From Longimicrobium sp. (GTDB lineage Bacteria > Gemmatimonadota > Gemmatimonadetes > Longimicrobiales > Longimicrobiaceae): a stretch of 49,970 bases of DNA. The notes beneath the pieces were generated by a model, which ran no database searches, was not told the origin of the DNA, and saw only the letters and a program-made list of their open reading frames with translations. Shown here in pieces: positions 17,201 to 27,675 of this stretch. The stretch lies in NCBI GenBank assembly GCA_035638875.1, contig DASQZE010000232.1:1-49970 (forward strand), written 5' to 3'. Each line of letters opens with the position of its first letter. The first letter of the stretch is position 1. The position numbers and the translations under genes were made by a program.

Positions 17201-19729
17201 TCACGGCCCCAGCAGGATCGCGTTCACGTACAGCGGCTCGGTGGCCTGCCAGAACAGCCGGAAGAGCGGGTCGTCGGCAAAGAGCACGACGCTCCCCTGC
17301 CCCATCCGCTTGGTCACCAGCCACCCGCCCTGCTCCAGCCGCCGCACCTGCGCCGGGCTGATGACGCCCGCGATGCGCGTAAGCCGCTCGGGGAAGTAGG
17401 CGACCGTCTCCACCCCCTCCGCCGGCTCGAACACGGTCGTCCCCGCGTGCAGGGCGAACGTCTCGTTGGGCCGCGCGTCCAGCCCCGCGCCGAACGCCAG
17501 CGGGTGCGCCGGGTCCAGCCGCAGGGGAAAGATGGCGCCGGGCACCTCCTGCCTCCACTCGTGCCGCTGGCGCTCCTCGCGCCCCGCCAGCCACCGCGAG
17601 CGCGCATCCCCCGCGCTGTCGGCCGTGGCGCCCGGGCGGATCTTGATCTCCGCCATCCCCGCCGCCACCTCGGCGCCGCCCCCAACGGCCACCAGCCGGC
17701 CGCCGCGCTGGATCCACGCCTTGAGCGCGTCCTCCGCGCCGCGCAGGGCACGCGGCGACGCGTCCGGCAACACGATCACGTCGTACTCCGACAGGTCCAG
17801 GCCGCCCAGGTCCGACGCCATCACGGCATCGAACGGCATCCCCAGCTCCTGCTCCAGGTAGAACCAGTGCGCGCCGAACGAGGTGGGCGACACGCCGTCG
17901 CCCGCGATCACCGCCACGCGCGGCAGCTGCGCCCGGCCCACGTTCTCGCTCCCCAGGTCGATGCCGCTCTCCGCCATCCCCGTGGCCACGGGACGCACGA
18001 GGCCGCCCAGCCCGGCCGCCGTCACACGCCCCTGCACCGTGTCGTTCCCCGCCGCGGGGATGAACCACGACCCCGCCGGCCAGCGCTGCCCGCCAAAGGT
18101 GGACGGGCGCCCCAGGATGCGCGCGCGGCCGCCCCGCTGGAGAAAGCGCACCATGGCGCCCGACGCCGCGTCGCCCGGCGCCACCAGGTAGCCGATCCCC
18201 GGCGCGGGCGCCTGCAGCCCCGCGGCGCGGCCTGCGGGTGCCGGGACGGGGTTCCATCCGCTCCCCGCCCCCGCCGGCGCGCGGTACGCCGCCACGCCGT
18301 ACGCGTACGGCAGCGACCACGCGCTCACGTCGTACGAGTACTCGGCCTTGAGCTCCGTCTCCGCCTGCAGCAGCGTGATGGCCAGGCGGCCCAGCGGCTG
18401 CCGGGCGCGCACGCGGTACGTCCCGGCCGGGAACTGCGAGCGGTCCTCGAACCCCTCGTACGCTTCGGCACGGGCCGAGAAGCCGGAGGAGGCGCGCTCC
18501 ACCTCGACCCCCTGCCGGCGAAGGTGCGCCACCAGCGACTCGATGCGCGACGGGTCGCTCCCAGGCACGAGCAGGAAGTCCGCCTCGCCCTGCCCCGCCG
18601 TGCGCGCGGCCTGGGCGTAGTCCGCCAGCAGCTGCGCCTTGCCCGCGGCCGCCGTGCGCAGCGTGGCCTGCCCGCTGGTGCGGTGGTGCTGCGCGCGGTC
18701 GTGCAGGGTGAGCGTGTCGCCCGACTCCTGCTGGATGGCGATGCCGGCCGCGCCGTGGCCGGCCTGCTCGTACGTCATCCCCACGGCGCCCGTGAGGCTG
18801 GGCCACGAGTCGCCGTAGCCGGGGTAGAACAGGTCGAACGCCTCGCCCGTGTAGTAGCTCCAGCCGAACTGGTCGAACGCCCGCGCGTTCCCCTGCCCAA
18901 AGCGCCGCCCCCACGCCAGGATGTGCTCCGGGTAGATGGGGTTGATGGGCGCCGCGGCCGGAAAGAAGAAGTAGGTGCTGTTGAAGAACATTTCGTGGAA
19001 GTCCACGTGCACCTGCGGGTTCCACTGCCACCACGTGGCCAGCCGCGCCCGGGTCTCGGGCTGCGTGCCCCAGCTCCAGTCGCGGTTCAGGTCGAACATG
19101 TAGTGGTTGAAGCGGCCGCCCGGCCACGGCTCGCGGTGCTCGCGCGCCTGCGGATTGACGTTCGGCTCCGCGCCCACGACGGAGGTGAACCAGCCCACGT
19201 AGCGGTCGCGCCCGTCCGGATTGGCCACCGGATCGATGACGACGACGACGTCGTTCAGGACGCCCGCCACCTCCGGCGCCTCGCGGGCCAGGTCCCACGC
19301 CGTGTAGAGCGCCGCCTCGCTGGACGAGCTCTCGTTGCCGTGCACGCCGTAGCTGAAGTAGACCACGGCGGGGTTGCCCGACGCGATCTCCCGCGCCCGC
19401 TCGGCGCCGGCCCCGCGGGCCAGCTCGGCGTTGGCGGCCAGGATGCCGTCCAGCCGCTGCAGGTTCTGCGGGGTGGCGATCACCAGCTGAAAGAGCTCGC
19501 GCCCTTCCGGCGTGGTGCCGTACGCCCGGTAGTCTACGCGGTCCGACGCGTCGGCCAGGGCGCGCGAGTAGCGCTGCACGCCGGCGTACGGGGTAAAGCG
19601 CTCGCCCAGCGCGTACCCCAGCACGTCGGCCGGGGACGGGGGCGCCTGCTGTGCGGCCAGCCCCGGCGCGGCCAGGAGCGCGGCGAAGGCGGCGGCGTGC
19701 ACTCGCGTGCGGAGGGTGGAGCGTGCCAT
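17201..19729 (-). CDS. Secreted M14 zinc carboxypeptidase with C-terminal glutamine-amidotransferase-like domain
   Basis: Signal peptide; VHGNESS, NPDGRDR, DLNRDW and DFHEM zinc motifs. Confidence 0.9.
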   Translation of the reverse strand: MARSTLRTRVHAAAFAALLAAPGLAAQQAPPSPADVLGYALGERFTPYAGVQRYSRALADASDRVDYRAYGTTPEGRELFQLVIATPQNLQRLDGILAANAELARGAGAERAREIASGNPAVVYFSYGVHGNESSSSEAALYTAWDLAREAPEVAGVLNDVVVVIDPVANPDGRDRYVGWFTSVVGAEPNVNPQAREHREPWPGGRFNHYMFDLNRDWSWGTQPETRARLATWWQWNPQVHVDFHEMFFNSTYFFFPAAAPINPIYPEHILAWGRRFGQGNARAFDQFGWSYYTGEAFDLFYPGYGDSWPSLTGAVGMTYEQAGHGAAGIAIQQESGDTLTLHDRAQHHRTSGQATLRTAAAGKAQLLADYAQAARTAGQGEADFLLVPGSDPSRIESLVAHLRRQGVEVERASSGFSARAEAYEGFEDRSQFPAGTYRVRARQPLGRLAITLLQAETELKAEYSYDVSAWSLPYAYGVAAYRAPAGAGSGWNPVPAPAGRAAGLQAPAPGIGYLVAPGDAASGAMVRFLQRGGRARILGRPSTFGGQRWPAGSWFIPAAGNDTVQGRVTAAGLGGLVRPVATGMAESGIDLGSENVGRAQLPRVAVIAGDGVSPTSFGAHWFYLEQELGMPFDAVMASDLGGLDLSEYDVIVLPDASPRALRGAEDALKAWIQRGGRLVAVGGGAEVAAGMAEIKIRPGATADSAGDARSRWLAGREERQRHEWRQEVPGAIFPLRLDPAHPLAFGAGLDARPNETFALHAGTTVFEPAEGVETVAYFPERLTRIAGVISPAQVRRLEQGGWLVTKRMGQGSVVLFADDPLFRLFWQATEPLYVNAILLGP

Positions 19730-19938
19730 TCCGGTAGCTTCACGGGGTGGGGTGCCAGATTTTTACCAGGTGCCGAAGCTATCCGGGCGCCGCGGGCCGC
19801 GCAACGCGCCTTGACACGCGCGCGCGCGGCGGGTACGCTCCGGTGCCGTTCGCCCACGCGCACGGCGCCGTCTCCACGCGATCTCTCCGGACCGCTGGAT
19901 CTCGATTGATCGCAGACGCTTACGCGCATTCGCCTCAC

Positions 19939-20445
19939 GTGACGCATCGCACCCTGCCGCTGGCCCTCGCGGCGCTCCTGGCCACCGCCGCGTGCACCCC
20001 CGAGCCGGCGGTGCCCGCGGGCGTCATCTCCCGGGAAAAGTTCGTGGCGGCCAACGTGGCCGTGCGCACCCTGCCCGACACCGTCTCCCAGGCCCGCCGC
20101 GACGCCGCGCTCAAGAAGGTGGGCGTCACGGACCGGCAGCTGCGCACGTGGGTGACGGTCCACGCGCGGCAGCCGGAGACGCTGTCCAAGGCGTGGGAGG
20201 ACATCGCCTTCAAGGTGGACAGCGTCAGCGGCACGCAGCCCATGCTGGGCGGCGCCGAGCGCCCGGTGCCATCTGGCGGACCGGTGCCGCCCGGCGGGCC
20301 CGTCCCGCCGCCGTCCGTGGTGGGCTCGCCGCCCCCGCCCCGACCGCGCCCCGGATTTCGCAACGGCGTTCCCGGTGAGCGGCTTGACCGTCCCGCAAAG
20401 GTGGAGGACCTGGGCGACCACACGGTGCCGCCGGTCGTGCAGTAG
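19939..20445 (+). CDS. Putative lipoprotein with Pro-rich tail
   Basis: GTG start; LALAALLATAAC lipobox. Confidence 0.7.
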   Translation: MTHRTLPLALAALLATAACTPEPAVPAGVISREKFVAANVAVRTLPDTVSQARRDAALKKVGVTDRQLRTWVTVHARQPETLSKAWEDIAFKVDSVSGTQPMLGGAERPVPSGGPVPPGGPVPPPSVVGSPPPPRPRPGFRNGVPGERLDRPAKVEDLGDHTVPPVVQ

Positions 20446-20711
20446 CGCCTTCGGGACCTTGATCCCGTGCGCGGCACGAAGCAGCCGTGTGCCAATCCAG
20501 CAGCAAACGCAACGCGACCCTGGCGAGAACAGGACTGGAGATCTTTCGGAAGCGGCCGTGATCGTCATGGGGCCGATTGCATTCGCAGCGCGTTGCGAAG
20601 GCGGCCCGCACCTTCAGCAACCCTGCCCGTGAGACGTGATCGCTCTCGTACGACAAGGGTATACGCACGTCCGGACCACCACCCGCCCTCATCACCATCG
20701 GCATTGCAGGA

Positions 20712-20936
20712 ATGAGCGACACCAGCCCCGCCGCGCAGGCAATTCAGGACGACATCCATCGCCGGATGTCGGGCGAGGAGCGATTCGCCCTCGCGTGGGA
20801 CATGAGCCTTGCTGTGCGGGAGCTGGCCTGGGCACGGCTGCGAGAGGAGCACCCGGACTGGTCGGAGTGGGAGCTCATGCGTGAGACCCTCCGCTATGCG
20901 TTCGGCACCGCCCCCCTGCCGCCGCCGCTCCGATAA
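20712..20936 (+). CDS. Small helical protein, putative antitoxin partner of a nucleotidyltransferase
   Basis: 74 aa, MSDTSPAAQAIQ..RRMSGEERF..LREEHPDWSE; its stop overlaps the next ATG. Confidence 0.7.
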   Translation: MSDTSPAAQAIQDDIHRRMSGEERFALAWDMSLAVRELAWARLREEHPDWSEWELMRETLRYAFGTAPLPPPLR

Positions 20937-21229
20937 TGCCCGGAGCGATCCTGGATCGTGTGCTGGGCGCGCTGGAAAGCGAGGTCCATTTGGTAGGCAC
21001 CGACGTCCCCGTCGCATCTCCCGAGGACGTCATCATCGCGAAAATGGAATGGGCTCGCATGGGCGAGTCCGCGCGCCAGCTGGAGGACGCCGCGAAGATG
21101 CTCCGCGTGCGATTCCGCGAACTGGACCACGAGTATCTGGAGCACTGGGTTCGAGAGTTGAACCTGGAGATGCAGTGGACCGCCGTGCAGAACGCGGCCA
21201 GGCCAAGCGCGGACGCTACGGAAGCGTAG
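20936..21229 (+). pseudogene. Internally deleted nucleotidyltransferase-family gene
   Basis: N-terminus ILDRVLGALE is joined directly to the C-terminal VASPEDVIIAKMEW...RQLED...LDHEYLEHW; the GS/DxD catalytic region is absent. Confidence 0.65.
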
Positions 21230-21363
21230 CCACGCCCCCGCCAGAACTCGGCGCGCGACGCAACGCCGGGAGCACCTGCCGACACGTGGACCGGCGCAAC
21301 AAACGTGGCCCTCGGCGCATCGGCGCCGAGGGCCACGCTGCGGATTCCGCAACAGGCGCCGAT

Positions 21364-23178
21364 CTACTGCACCAGCACGCCTGAGAATTCCAGCAGGTCC
21401 GCGATCATGAAGGTGCCGGGCACGGAGCTCGGCAGCGACGGGGTGAACCCGGCCACGTTCATGAACGAGTCGCCGTCGCGCTTGAGCAGCCGCACGAACG
21501 TCTCGGCCACGATGCGCCCGCCCAGCGGCCCCAGCCGGTTGCCGGCCTGCAGCACCCGCGCCTCGCGCAGCACGTAGTACCACAGCGGTGTCTTGTTCAG
21601 CAGCACGCCCCCGTTGGAATTCAGCAGGGCGACCTCGTTGGCGGGCAGCCCCGCCGTCAGCTGCGCCGCCGTCAGCACGGGAACACCGAGCGCCGCGGCC
21701 GCCGCCTGGCCGCTGGGCAGCCCGAACGCCAGCCCGCGCCGAAGGTTGCGCGCCGCCAGGATGGCCATGATCCCCGCGCCGCCGGGAATCTGCTCCAGCC
21801 CCTGCGCCAGCACGCTGTCGATGCGCCGCGCGTTGTTGAACGCCCCCGGCACCGGGTGCGCCGTGTTGAAGAACATGTTGAAGTCCGTGGCCCAGTTGGA
21901 GAACAGCGGCAGCCGGGGCACGCGTACAAAGTCGAACACCCCCTGCAGCGAGCTGGCCGCGGGCGGGAGCGACGTGTTCAGGATGTAGCCGTTCCGGATC
22001 ATGCTGTGGCCGAACCGGTACGCGCCCACGGCGAACTCCACGGGCATCCGGAACGCGCTCCCCACCGGCGCGGCGACCGTTGCGATGGCGGCGTTGACCG
22101 CCGCCGCGCCGCAGATGCGCGGGAGAAAGTCGTGCACCACCGCCCACTGGTAGTGGTGCGTCACGATGCGCTTGGCTTCGGCGAACACGTCGCCGGGGAA
22201 GGCCGCCAGCAGGAGCAGGTCCACCACGCGGTTGTGGAACTTGAGCATCGAGTGGTGCAGCTGCGAGACGATGACGTTCTCGTCGTTGCGCGGGTCGCCG
22301 ATGATGGCGGTGAAGGTGCTCGCCGCGGCGTTGACGGTGGTGTCGGTGCCGCTCAGCACGCGCGGAACGTCGAAGTTCGTGGGCGTGGCATTGGCGTTCG
22401 CGGCCGTCCGCGGGCCTCCCGTGCCCGCGGGGCGGTTGCGGCCCAGCTGCATCTTGACCGCCGTGGGCGGCACGCCGGCCGCGGTGGGAAAGCTGTACAG
22501 GTACGGGTCCAGCGCCGGCCCGCGCCCGTATACGCTGTCCAGATCCAGCGCCGGCCGCCGCATGTTGGGGATGGTGTTGGCGTCCGTCGCGGCGTCGATG
22601 GAGGACGTGACGTCGAGCGTGATGTCGTGGTCCACGAACTGTCCGAAGTACGTATACCCGGCCGGGATGGTGGAGTCTGCCCCCACGTCGCGCGCGGGGT
22701 CGCCCATCAGGTTGCCCAGCTGGGTGAGCAGCGCCTGGTGGGGGGCGTCGAACGGCAGCTTGGAGGCCGTGCGCACGGCGGCCGAGAACATGTAGCCGAA
22801 CATGTCCGCGCAGGGCGACGCCACCAGCGGCCCGGGAAACCAGAGCAGCGGCACCTTAACGCCGTGGAACCGCTTGATGTGCGGGTCCAGGGCCTTGAGC
22901 GATCGCACGATGGACTCCGGCGGCTGCGGCAGCGGCCGGGGCACCACGCGGCTCACGAGCTGCCGGGCCGTCTCCGGCTGCAGCGCCGCCATGGTGATGG
23001 CGATCCGCTGCGGCGTCCGGAACGCCGACGTGCCGGGCTGCGGCTCGCCCTCCTTGAGCACCGACGTGTCGCGCACCAGGCTGATGGGCAGGCCGCCCTC
23101 GCCGGCGGTTGCAAAGCCCGCGGCGACGGCCGTGTCGCTGGAGGCGCCTGCGGTTCCTTCCATGGGATTGTCGGGCAT
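21364..23178 (-). CDS. Heme peroxidase (peroxidase-cyclooxygenase superfamily)
   Basis: YTYFGQFVDHDIT (distal His), GDPRNDEN, AYRFGHSMIR (proximal His) and TPLWYYVLREA motifs. Confidence 0.92.
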   Translation of the reverse strand: MPDNPMEGTAGASSDTAVAAGFATAGEGGLPISLVRDTSVLKEGEPQPGTSAFRTPQRIAITMAALQPETARQLVSRVVPRPLPQPPESIVRSLKALDPHIKRFHGVKVPLLWFPGPLVASPCADMFGYMFSAAVRTASKLPFDAPHQALLTQLGNLMGDPARDVGADSTIPAGYTYFGQFVDHDITLDVTSSIDAATDANTIPNMRRPALDLDSVYGRGPALDPYLYSFPTAAGVPPTAVKMQLGRNRPAGTGGPRTAANANATPTNFDVPRVLSGTDTTVNAAASTFTAIIGDPRNDENVIVSQLHHSMLKFHNRVVDLLLLAAFPGDVFAEAKRIVTHHYQWAVVHDFLPRICGAAAVNAAIATVAAPVGSAFRMPVEFAVGAYRFGHSMIRNGYILNTSLPPAASSLQGVFDFVRVPRLPLFSNWATDFNMFFNTAHPVPGAFNNARRIDSVLAQGLEQIPGGAGIMAILAARNLRRGLAFGLPSGQAAAAALGVPVLTAAQLTAGLPANEVALLNSNGGVLLNKTPLWYYVLREARVLQAGNRLGPLGGRIVAETFVRLLKRDGDSFMNVAGFTPSLPSSVPGTFMIADLLEFSGVLVQ

Positions 23179-23520
23179 GACGTACCTTTCCGGTTGCTGA
23201 AGCGGGAGGATGAAAGGTGTGGAGACCGGCCTGAAACGGCGCGCGCCGGCTCCACGGAAGAGCGAACGCCGTCGCTGGACGCGACGAAGCCCGCTGGGGA
23301 GCGCTTCGGGATCAAGTGGGAATGTCCGGCGTGGCAGCGGATGACGTGCTGCGTACCGGGAGCCAGCGGACGTGGGGGGATGGGTCCGCCGGGACTTGAA
23401 CGGCTTCGAGAGGAGCCTGGATGATGCTCCACCGAGCGTTCCTTATCCGCCTTTCAGCGGACGATGAGTGCACGATAATACGCCCGTCCGCATCTGCCAA
23501 GCATTTTGTGCACGCCACGA

Positions 23521-23557
23521 AAAAAGAAAAACCGCGCGGAGCCTTCTCCGCGCGGTT
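23521..23557 (-). terminator. Rho-independent terminator
   Basis: ACCGCGCGGAG...CTCCGCGCGGT stem with a long A tract on the + strand. Confidence 0.8.
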
Positions 23558-23638
23558 CCTCCGCTCCGTTAGACCGGCCGTGGAGGCCGGGAGCCGCTAA
23601 CCGCCCCTCCGACTTGATCCATCAAGCTGGAATGTACA

Positions 23639-24253
23639 TCAGGGAAGGATAGACACAGTGACTCCTGGTACTCTTATGTAATCCTGTGGACGACAACTAA
23701 CTTTGAATCCCTGTGCTTCCATCAGGGCAGCACGAAGCCCGGGCGACGTTTGCCTCCAAATGAGGTACGCTTGCTCCAGTGGAAGATCGGGAAAATCGCA
23801 ATCGGCGGTGAATCCTTGAAGCTCCTTGAAGCTCTGCAACACACGCTCATGAAGAAAATAGAAATCCGTGCGCATCAGGCCACGCTCGCTTGCATCTGCC
23901 AACAGCCGGCCAAAGTACTCCGTAATCAAATCATTGTCATCTCCGCCCTGGGCATCCATCGGCTGCTGGAAATCCGGTCTACGGTTGAACCTTTCATGGG
24001 GCTCCCGATGACAATCCACACAAAGCGTGATTCCGTTTCCGCGCTGCAGCCTCGCCTGGGGTAGGAAGCTCTTCCTCACGATATGGTGTGCAGACAATGC
24101 TCTTGCGCCACGACACACGACGCACCGTTTGCCATCCCGAATTCGGATGAATTCACTCCAAAGCCGGAGACAGTAGCGGTCGCTTCGAGTTCGAGCGACT
24201 GCCTGAAACAGCCTCGATTGCGCTGTCTCAATCTCGTCTAGGGTCGAATCCAT
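23639..24253 (-). CDS. HNH endonuclease-family protein, lower GC
   Basis: RDGKRCVVC...AHHI...NGITLCVDCH; likely start MDSTLD at 24253. Confidence 0.8.
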   Translation of the reverse strand: MDSTLDEIETAQSRLFQAVARTRSDRYCLRLWSEFIRIRDGKRCVVCRGARALSAHHIVRKSFLPQARLQRGNGITLCVDCHREPHERFNRRPDFQQPMDAQGGDDNDLITEYFGRLLADASERGLMRTDFYFLHERVLQSFKELQGFTADCDFPDLPLEQAYLIWRQTSPGLRAALMEAQGFKVSCRPQDYIRVPGVTVSILP

Positions 24254-24320
24254 ATCGTGAGTCGGAGGGGGGAGTACTGGATACTCGGCTCCATCACGAG
24301 GAGAGCCGTCACCATGCGCC

Positions 24321-25208
24321 CTACGCCCCCTCCCGCTCCGCCAGGTCCCCCCACTTGAGCTTGCGGCGCAGTGTCTGGAAGAAGCTCTGCCCGGCGAAGC
24401 GCACCAGGCGCACGGGCTGGTCGGCACGGCGGGCGACCACCTTCTGGCCGGGGACCAGGTGCTCGTTCTGCTGGCCGTCGATGGTCAGGATCAGCTCCTC
24501 GGAGGGGGACAGCACCTCCACCGTCACCGTCTCGTGCGCGGGGAGCACCAGCGGGCGCACGCCCAGCGTGTGCGGGCAGATGGGCGTGGCGATGATGCAG
24601 TCCACCGACGGCGACACGATGGGCCCGCCCGCGGAGAGCGAGTACGCCGTGGAGCCCGTCGGCGTGGCCAGGATGATGCCGTCCGCGCTGTAGCTGCCCA
24701 CCACGTCGTGCATGGCGCGCATGCTCAGGCGGATCACGCGCCCGCCGCCCCCCTTGTGCAGCACGGCGTCGTTCAGCGCCAGGTGCGTCTTGCCCGCCAC
24801 GCCGTCCGCCCCCTCCACGTGCACGGCCAGCACCATCCGCGTGTCGATGGCGAACTCGCCGGCCAGCCAGTGTGCCAGCGCCGACTCCACCTCGTCGCGG
24901 GGAGCGGAGGTCAGGAACCCCAGGTGCCCCAGGTTGATCCCGAGCACCGGCACCCCCGCCAGCACCACCATCCGCGCGCCCCGCAGCAGCGTGCCGTCGC
25001 CGCCCAGCGTGAGCAGCAGGTCCAGGTCGCCGCACATCTCGGGCGTAAGCAGGTTGCCGTCGCCCACGTGCTCGCGGAGGGCTTCCTCGAAGTACAGCGA
25101 GACCCCCTCCCGCCCGGCGAACGCCTGGATGCGGGCGAGGGTCTCGCGCAGGATGGCATAGTTGCTGTGGCCAACGACGCCGATGCGGCGCCCGGTGTGC
25201 GCCGTCAC
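24321..25208 (-). CDS. nadK: NAD(+) kinase
   Basis: LGGDGTLL, GINLGHLGFL, ALNDAV and DGIILATPTGSTAYSLSAGGP motifs; GTG start overlaps the dxs stop. Confidence 0.95.
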   Translation of the reverse strand: MTAHTGRRIGVVGHSNYAILRETLARIQAFAGREGVSLYFEEALREHVGDGNLLTPEMCGDLDLLLTLGGDGTLLRGARMVVLAGVPVLGINLGHLGFLTSAPRDEVESALAHWLAGEFAIDTRMVLAVHVEGADGVAGKTHLALNDAVLHKGGGGRVIRLSMRAMHDVVGSYSADGIILATPTGSTAYSLSAGGPIVSPSVDCIIATPICPHTLGVRPLVLPAHETVTVEVLSPSEELILTIDGQQNEHLVPGQKVVARRADQPVRLVRFAGQSFFQTLRRKLKWGDLAEREGA

Positions 25209-27145
25209 GCCGTCTCGGCCAGCTTCCGCAGCGGCCTGCCCAGCAGCGTGCGGCCGCGTGCGGCGATCCCCTCGGGGGTCAGCCCCAGCTCCGCCAGCAG
25301 CTCGGCGCGCTCGCCGTGCTCCACGAAGGCGTCCGGCAGCCCCAGCGTGGCCCCCTGCACCCCGGGCCAGCGGTCGGCGATGAAGCGCCGGACGTACGCG
25401 CCGAAGCCGTTGGCATCCGTCCCCTCCTCCACCGTGAGCACGAAGCCGTGGTGCGGGAACAGGCGCTCCAGCATGGCCTCGTCCAGCGGCTTGATGAACC
25501 GGCAGTCCACCACCGTGGCCGACACGCCCTCGCGCTGCAGCGCCTCGGCCGCGGCCAGCGACGGGAGCACCATCGTCCCCGTGGCCAGGATGGCGAGGTC
25601 CTTTCCCTGCCGCAGCGTCTCCCACGTGCCGTAGGGGACGGGCTGGATCTCCGCCAGCGCCTTCGGCAAGGCCGGGACGCCGTCACGGGGAATGCGGATG
25701 CCGAACGGGCCGCCCGTGTGCGCCAGCGCCGTCCGCATCAGGCCGATGAGCTCGTCCGCGTCGCGGGGGGCCGTGACCGTCATCCCCGGGATGGAGAGCA
25801 TGTAGCCGATGTCGATGCCGCCATGGTGCGTGGGCCCGTCGTCGCCGGCAATGCCGGCGCGGTCCATCACGAACGTCACCGGCAGGTCCTGCAGCGCCAC
25901 GTCGTGCACGATGCTGTCGAAGGCGCGCTGCAGGAAGGTGGAGTAGATGGCCACCACCGGCTTTATGCCCTGCGTCGCCAGGCCGGCGGCAAAGGTCACG
26001 GCGTGCCCCTCGGCGATCCCCACGTCGAAGAAGCGGCCGGGGTGCGCCTTTTCGAAGATGTCCATCCCCGTCCCGGTCGCCATGGCCGCCGTGATGGCGA
26101 CCACGTCCCCGTCCTCGGCCGCCAGCGCCGTGAGCGCCTCGCCGAACACCTGCTGGTAGCGCGGCATGGCGCCGGACGCGGACTTCTTGAGCGGCGCGCC
26201 CGTCTCCTTGTCGAACAGGGCCGCGGCGTGCCACTTGACCTGGTCCGCCTCGGCCGGGGCGAAGCCCTTGCCCTTGGTGGTCAGCACGTGGACCAGGCGC
26301 GGGCCCTTCATCCGCTTCACCTGCTCGAAGGTGCGGCACAGCGCGCCCACGTCGTGCCCGTCCACGGGGCCCACGTAGCGGAATCCCAGCTGCTCGAAGA
26401 GCATGCCGGGGACGAACATCCCCTTCATGGCATCGTCCGCGCGCACCGCGAAGTGCTCCACCATCTCGCCCAGGGTGCCGAACTTGGGCGCGGCGTGCAC
26501 CATCTTCTTCACCTCGTCGCGGATGCGGTTGTACAGCGGCGAGGTGCGGACGTCCGTGATCTTCTTGTGGATGCCCAGGTACTTGTGCAGCGCCCCCACG
26601 TTGGGCGAGATGGACATCTCGTTGTCGTTCAGGACGACGATCATGTCGCGGTCCGTGTCGCCCGCGTTGTTGAGCGCCTCGTACGGCAGCCCGCACGTCA
26701 TGCTGCCGTCGCCGATGACGGCGATGACCTCGAAGTCGTGCCCCTTGATGTCGCGCGCGGCGGCCACGCCCACGGCGGCGGAGATGCTCGTCCCCGCGTG
26801 CCCGGCGCCGAACACGTCGTATTCGCTCTCGTCGCGGCGCAGAAAGCCGCTCAGGCCGTGGCGCTTGCGGATGCTGTCCATCCGCTCGTTGCGCCCCGTG
26901 AGGATCTTGTGCGGATACGCCTGGTGGCCCACGTCCCAGATCAGCTGGTCGCGCGGGGTGTCGAAGGCGCGGTGCAGGGCCACGGTGAGCTCCACCGTGC
27001 CCAGGTTGGAGCCGAAGTGGGCTCCCTTGTGCCGCGACACCACGTCGATGATGCGGTCGCGCACATCGATGCACAGCTGGTCCAGCTGCGCCTCGGGCAG
27101 GGCGCGGACGTCGTCGGGGGTCTTTACGGTATCCAGGAGCGACAC
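25205..27145 (-). CDS. dxs: 1-deoxy-D-xylulose-5-phosphate synthase
   Basis: WDVGHQAYPHK, GDGSMTCG, LNDNEMSIS, YSTFLQRA and DRAGIAGDDGPTH motifs. Confidence 0.98.
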   Translation of the reverse strand: MSLLDTVKTPDDVRALPEAQLDQLCIDVRDRIIDVVSRHKGAHFGSNLGTVELTVALHRAFDTPRDQLIWDVGHQAYPHKILTGRNERMDSIRKRHGLSGFLRRDESEYDVFGAGHAGTSISAAVGVAAARDIKGHDFEVIAVIGDGSMTCGLPYEALNNAGDTDRDMIVVLNDNEMSISPNVGALHKYLGIHKKITDVRTSPLYNRIRDEVKKMVHAAPKFGTLGEMVEHFAVRADDAMKGMFVPGMLFEQLGFRYVGPVDGHDVGALCRTFEQVKRMKGPRLVHVLTTKGKGFAPAEADQVKWHAAALFDKETGAPLKKSASGAMPRYQQVFGEALTALAAEDGDVVAITAAMATGTGMDIFEKAHPGRFFDVGIAEGHAVTFAAGLATQGIKPVVAIYSTFLQRAFDSIVHDVALQDLPVTFVMDRAGIAGDDGPTHHGGIDIGYMLSIPGMTVTAPRDADELIGLMRTALAHTGGPFGIRIPRDGVPALPKALAEIQPVPYGTWETLRQGKDLAILATGTMVLPSLAAAEALQREGVSATVVDCRFIKPLDEAMLERLFPHHGFVLTVEEGTDANGFGAYVRRFIADRWPGVQGATLGLPDAFVEHGERAELLAELGLTPEGIAARGRTLLGRPLRKLAETA

Positions 27146-27398
27146 GGGCTCATCCTCGGTAAGTCAGGTTGGTCGGGCAGGGCCGGCCGCACCCCGCCGC
27201 CGTTCAATGTAGACAACTGAGCCGCGCTCGTCCAATCTTCGCACGCACGGCGGAGTTGGATGCAGCCGGCGGTGGCAGGATCAGTACCAGGGACCGTGTC
27301 CCAGTGCCAGGTCCGAAGTGCAACTTCCGGACATGCGCCGCGTCTTCACTTTATGATACAAAGCGAACAGCGAACCGTCAATGTCCATCATGTCGGGC

Positions 27399-27521
27399 GA
27401 TCCGGGTGCCGGAGCGCTGATCGAGTGCCGGAGCGATGATCGAGTGCCGGAGCGGTGGCAGTCCTCCCGCCGAGCGAATGAATTCGCCGCAACGAACACA
27501 CGATGTCCGCCTGCGCGGACT
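27399..27521. repeat. Three ~19-bp tandem units followed by a family A REP-like copy (minus strand)
   Basis: GATCGAGTGCCGGAGCG x3 (first imperfect); GCGAATGAATTCGC...GTCCGCCTGCGCGGACT at 27472-27521. Confidence 0.75.
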
Positions 27522-27675
27522 CTCCGTCACGGGAAAGTGCCACGCCGGCACGGGCTCCGCGAAAGGACAAGGGCGGCATCAACGGATTGCGACCCAGATC
27601 GGCAGATGCGCGAAGCCCCGCCACGGGGCGGGGCTTTGCTGATCGCGGGCATCGGCCTGTCCGCCCGATCCGCTC

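Noticed and set aside
27399-27460. Possible mini-CRISPR or iteron set
   Set aside because: Three head-to-tail ~19-bp units with no spacers and no rep or cas gene; treated as a simple tandem repeat.
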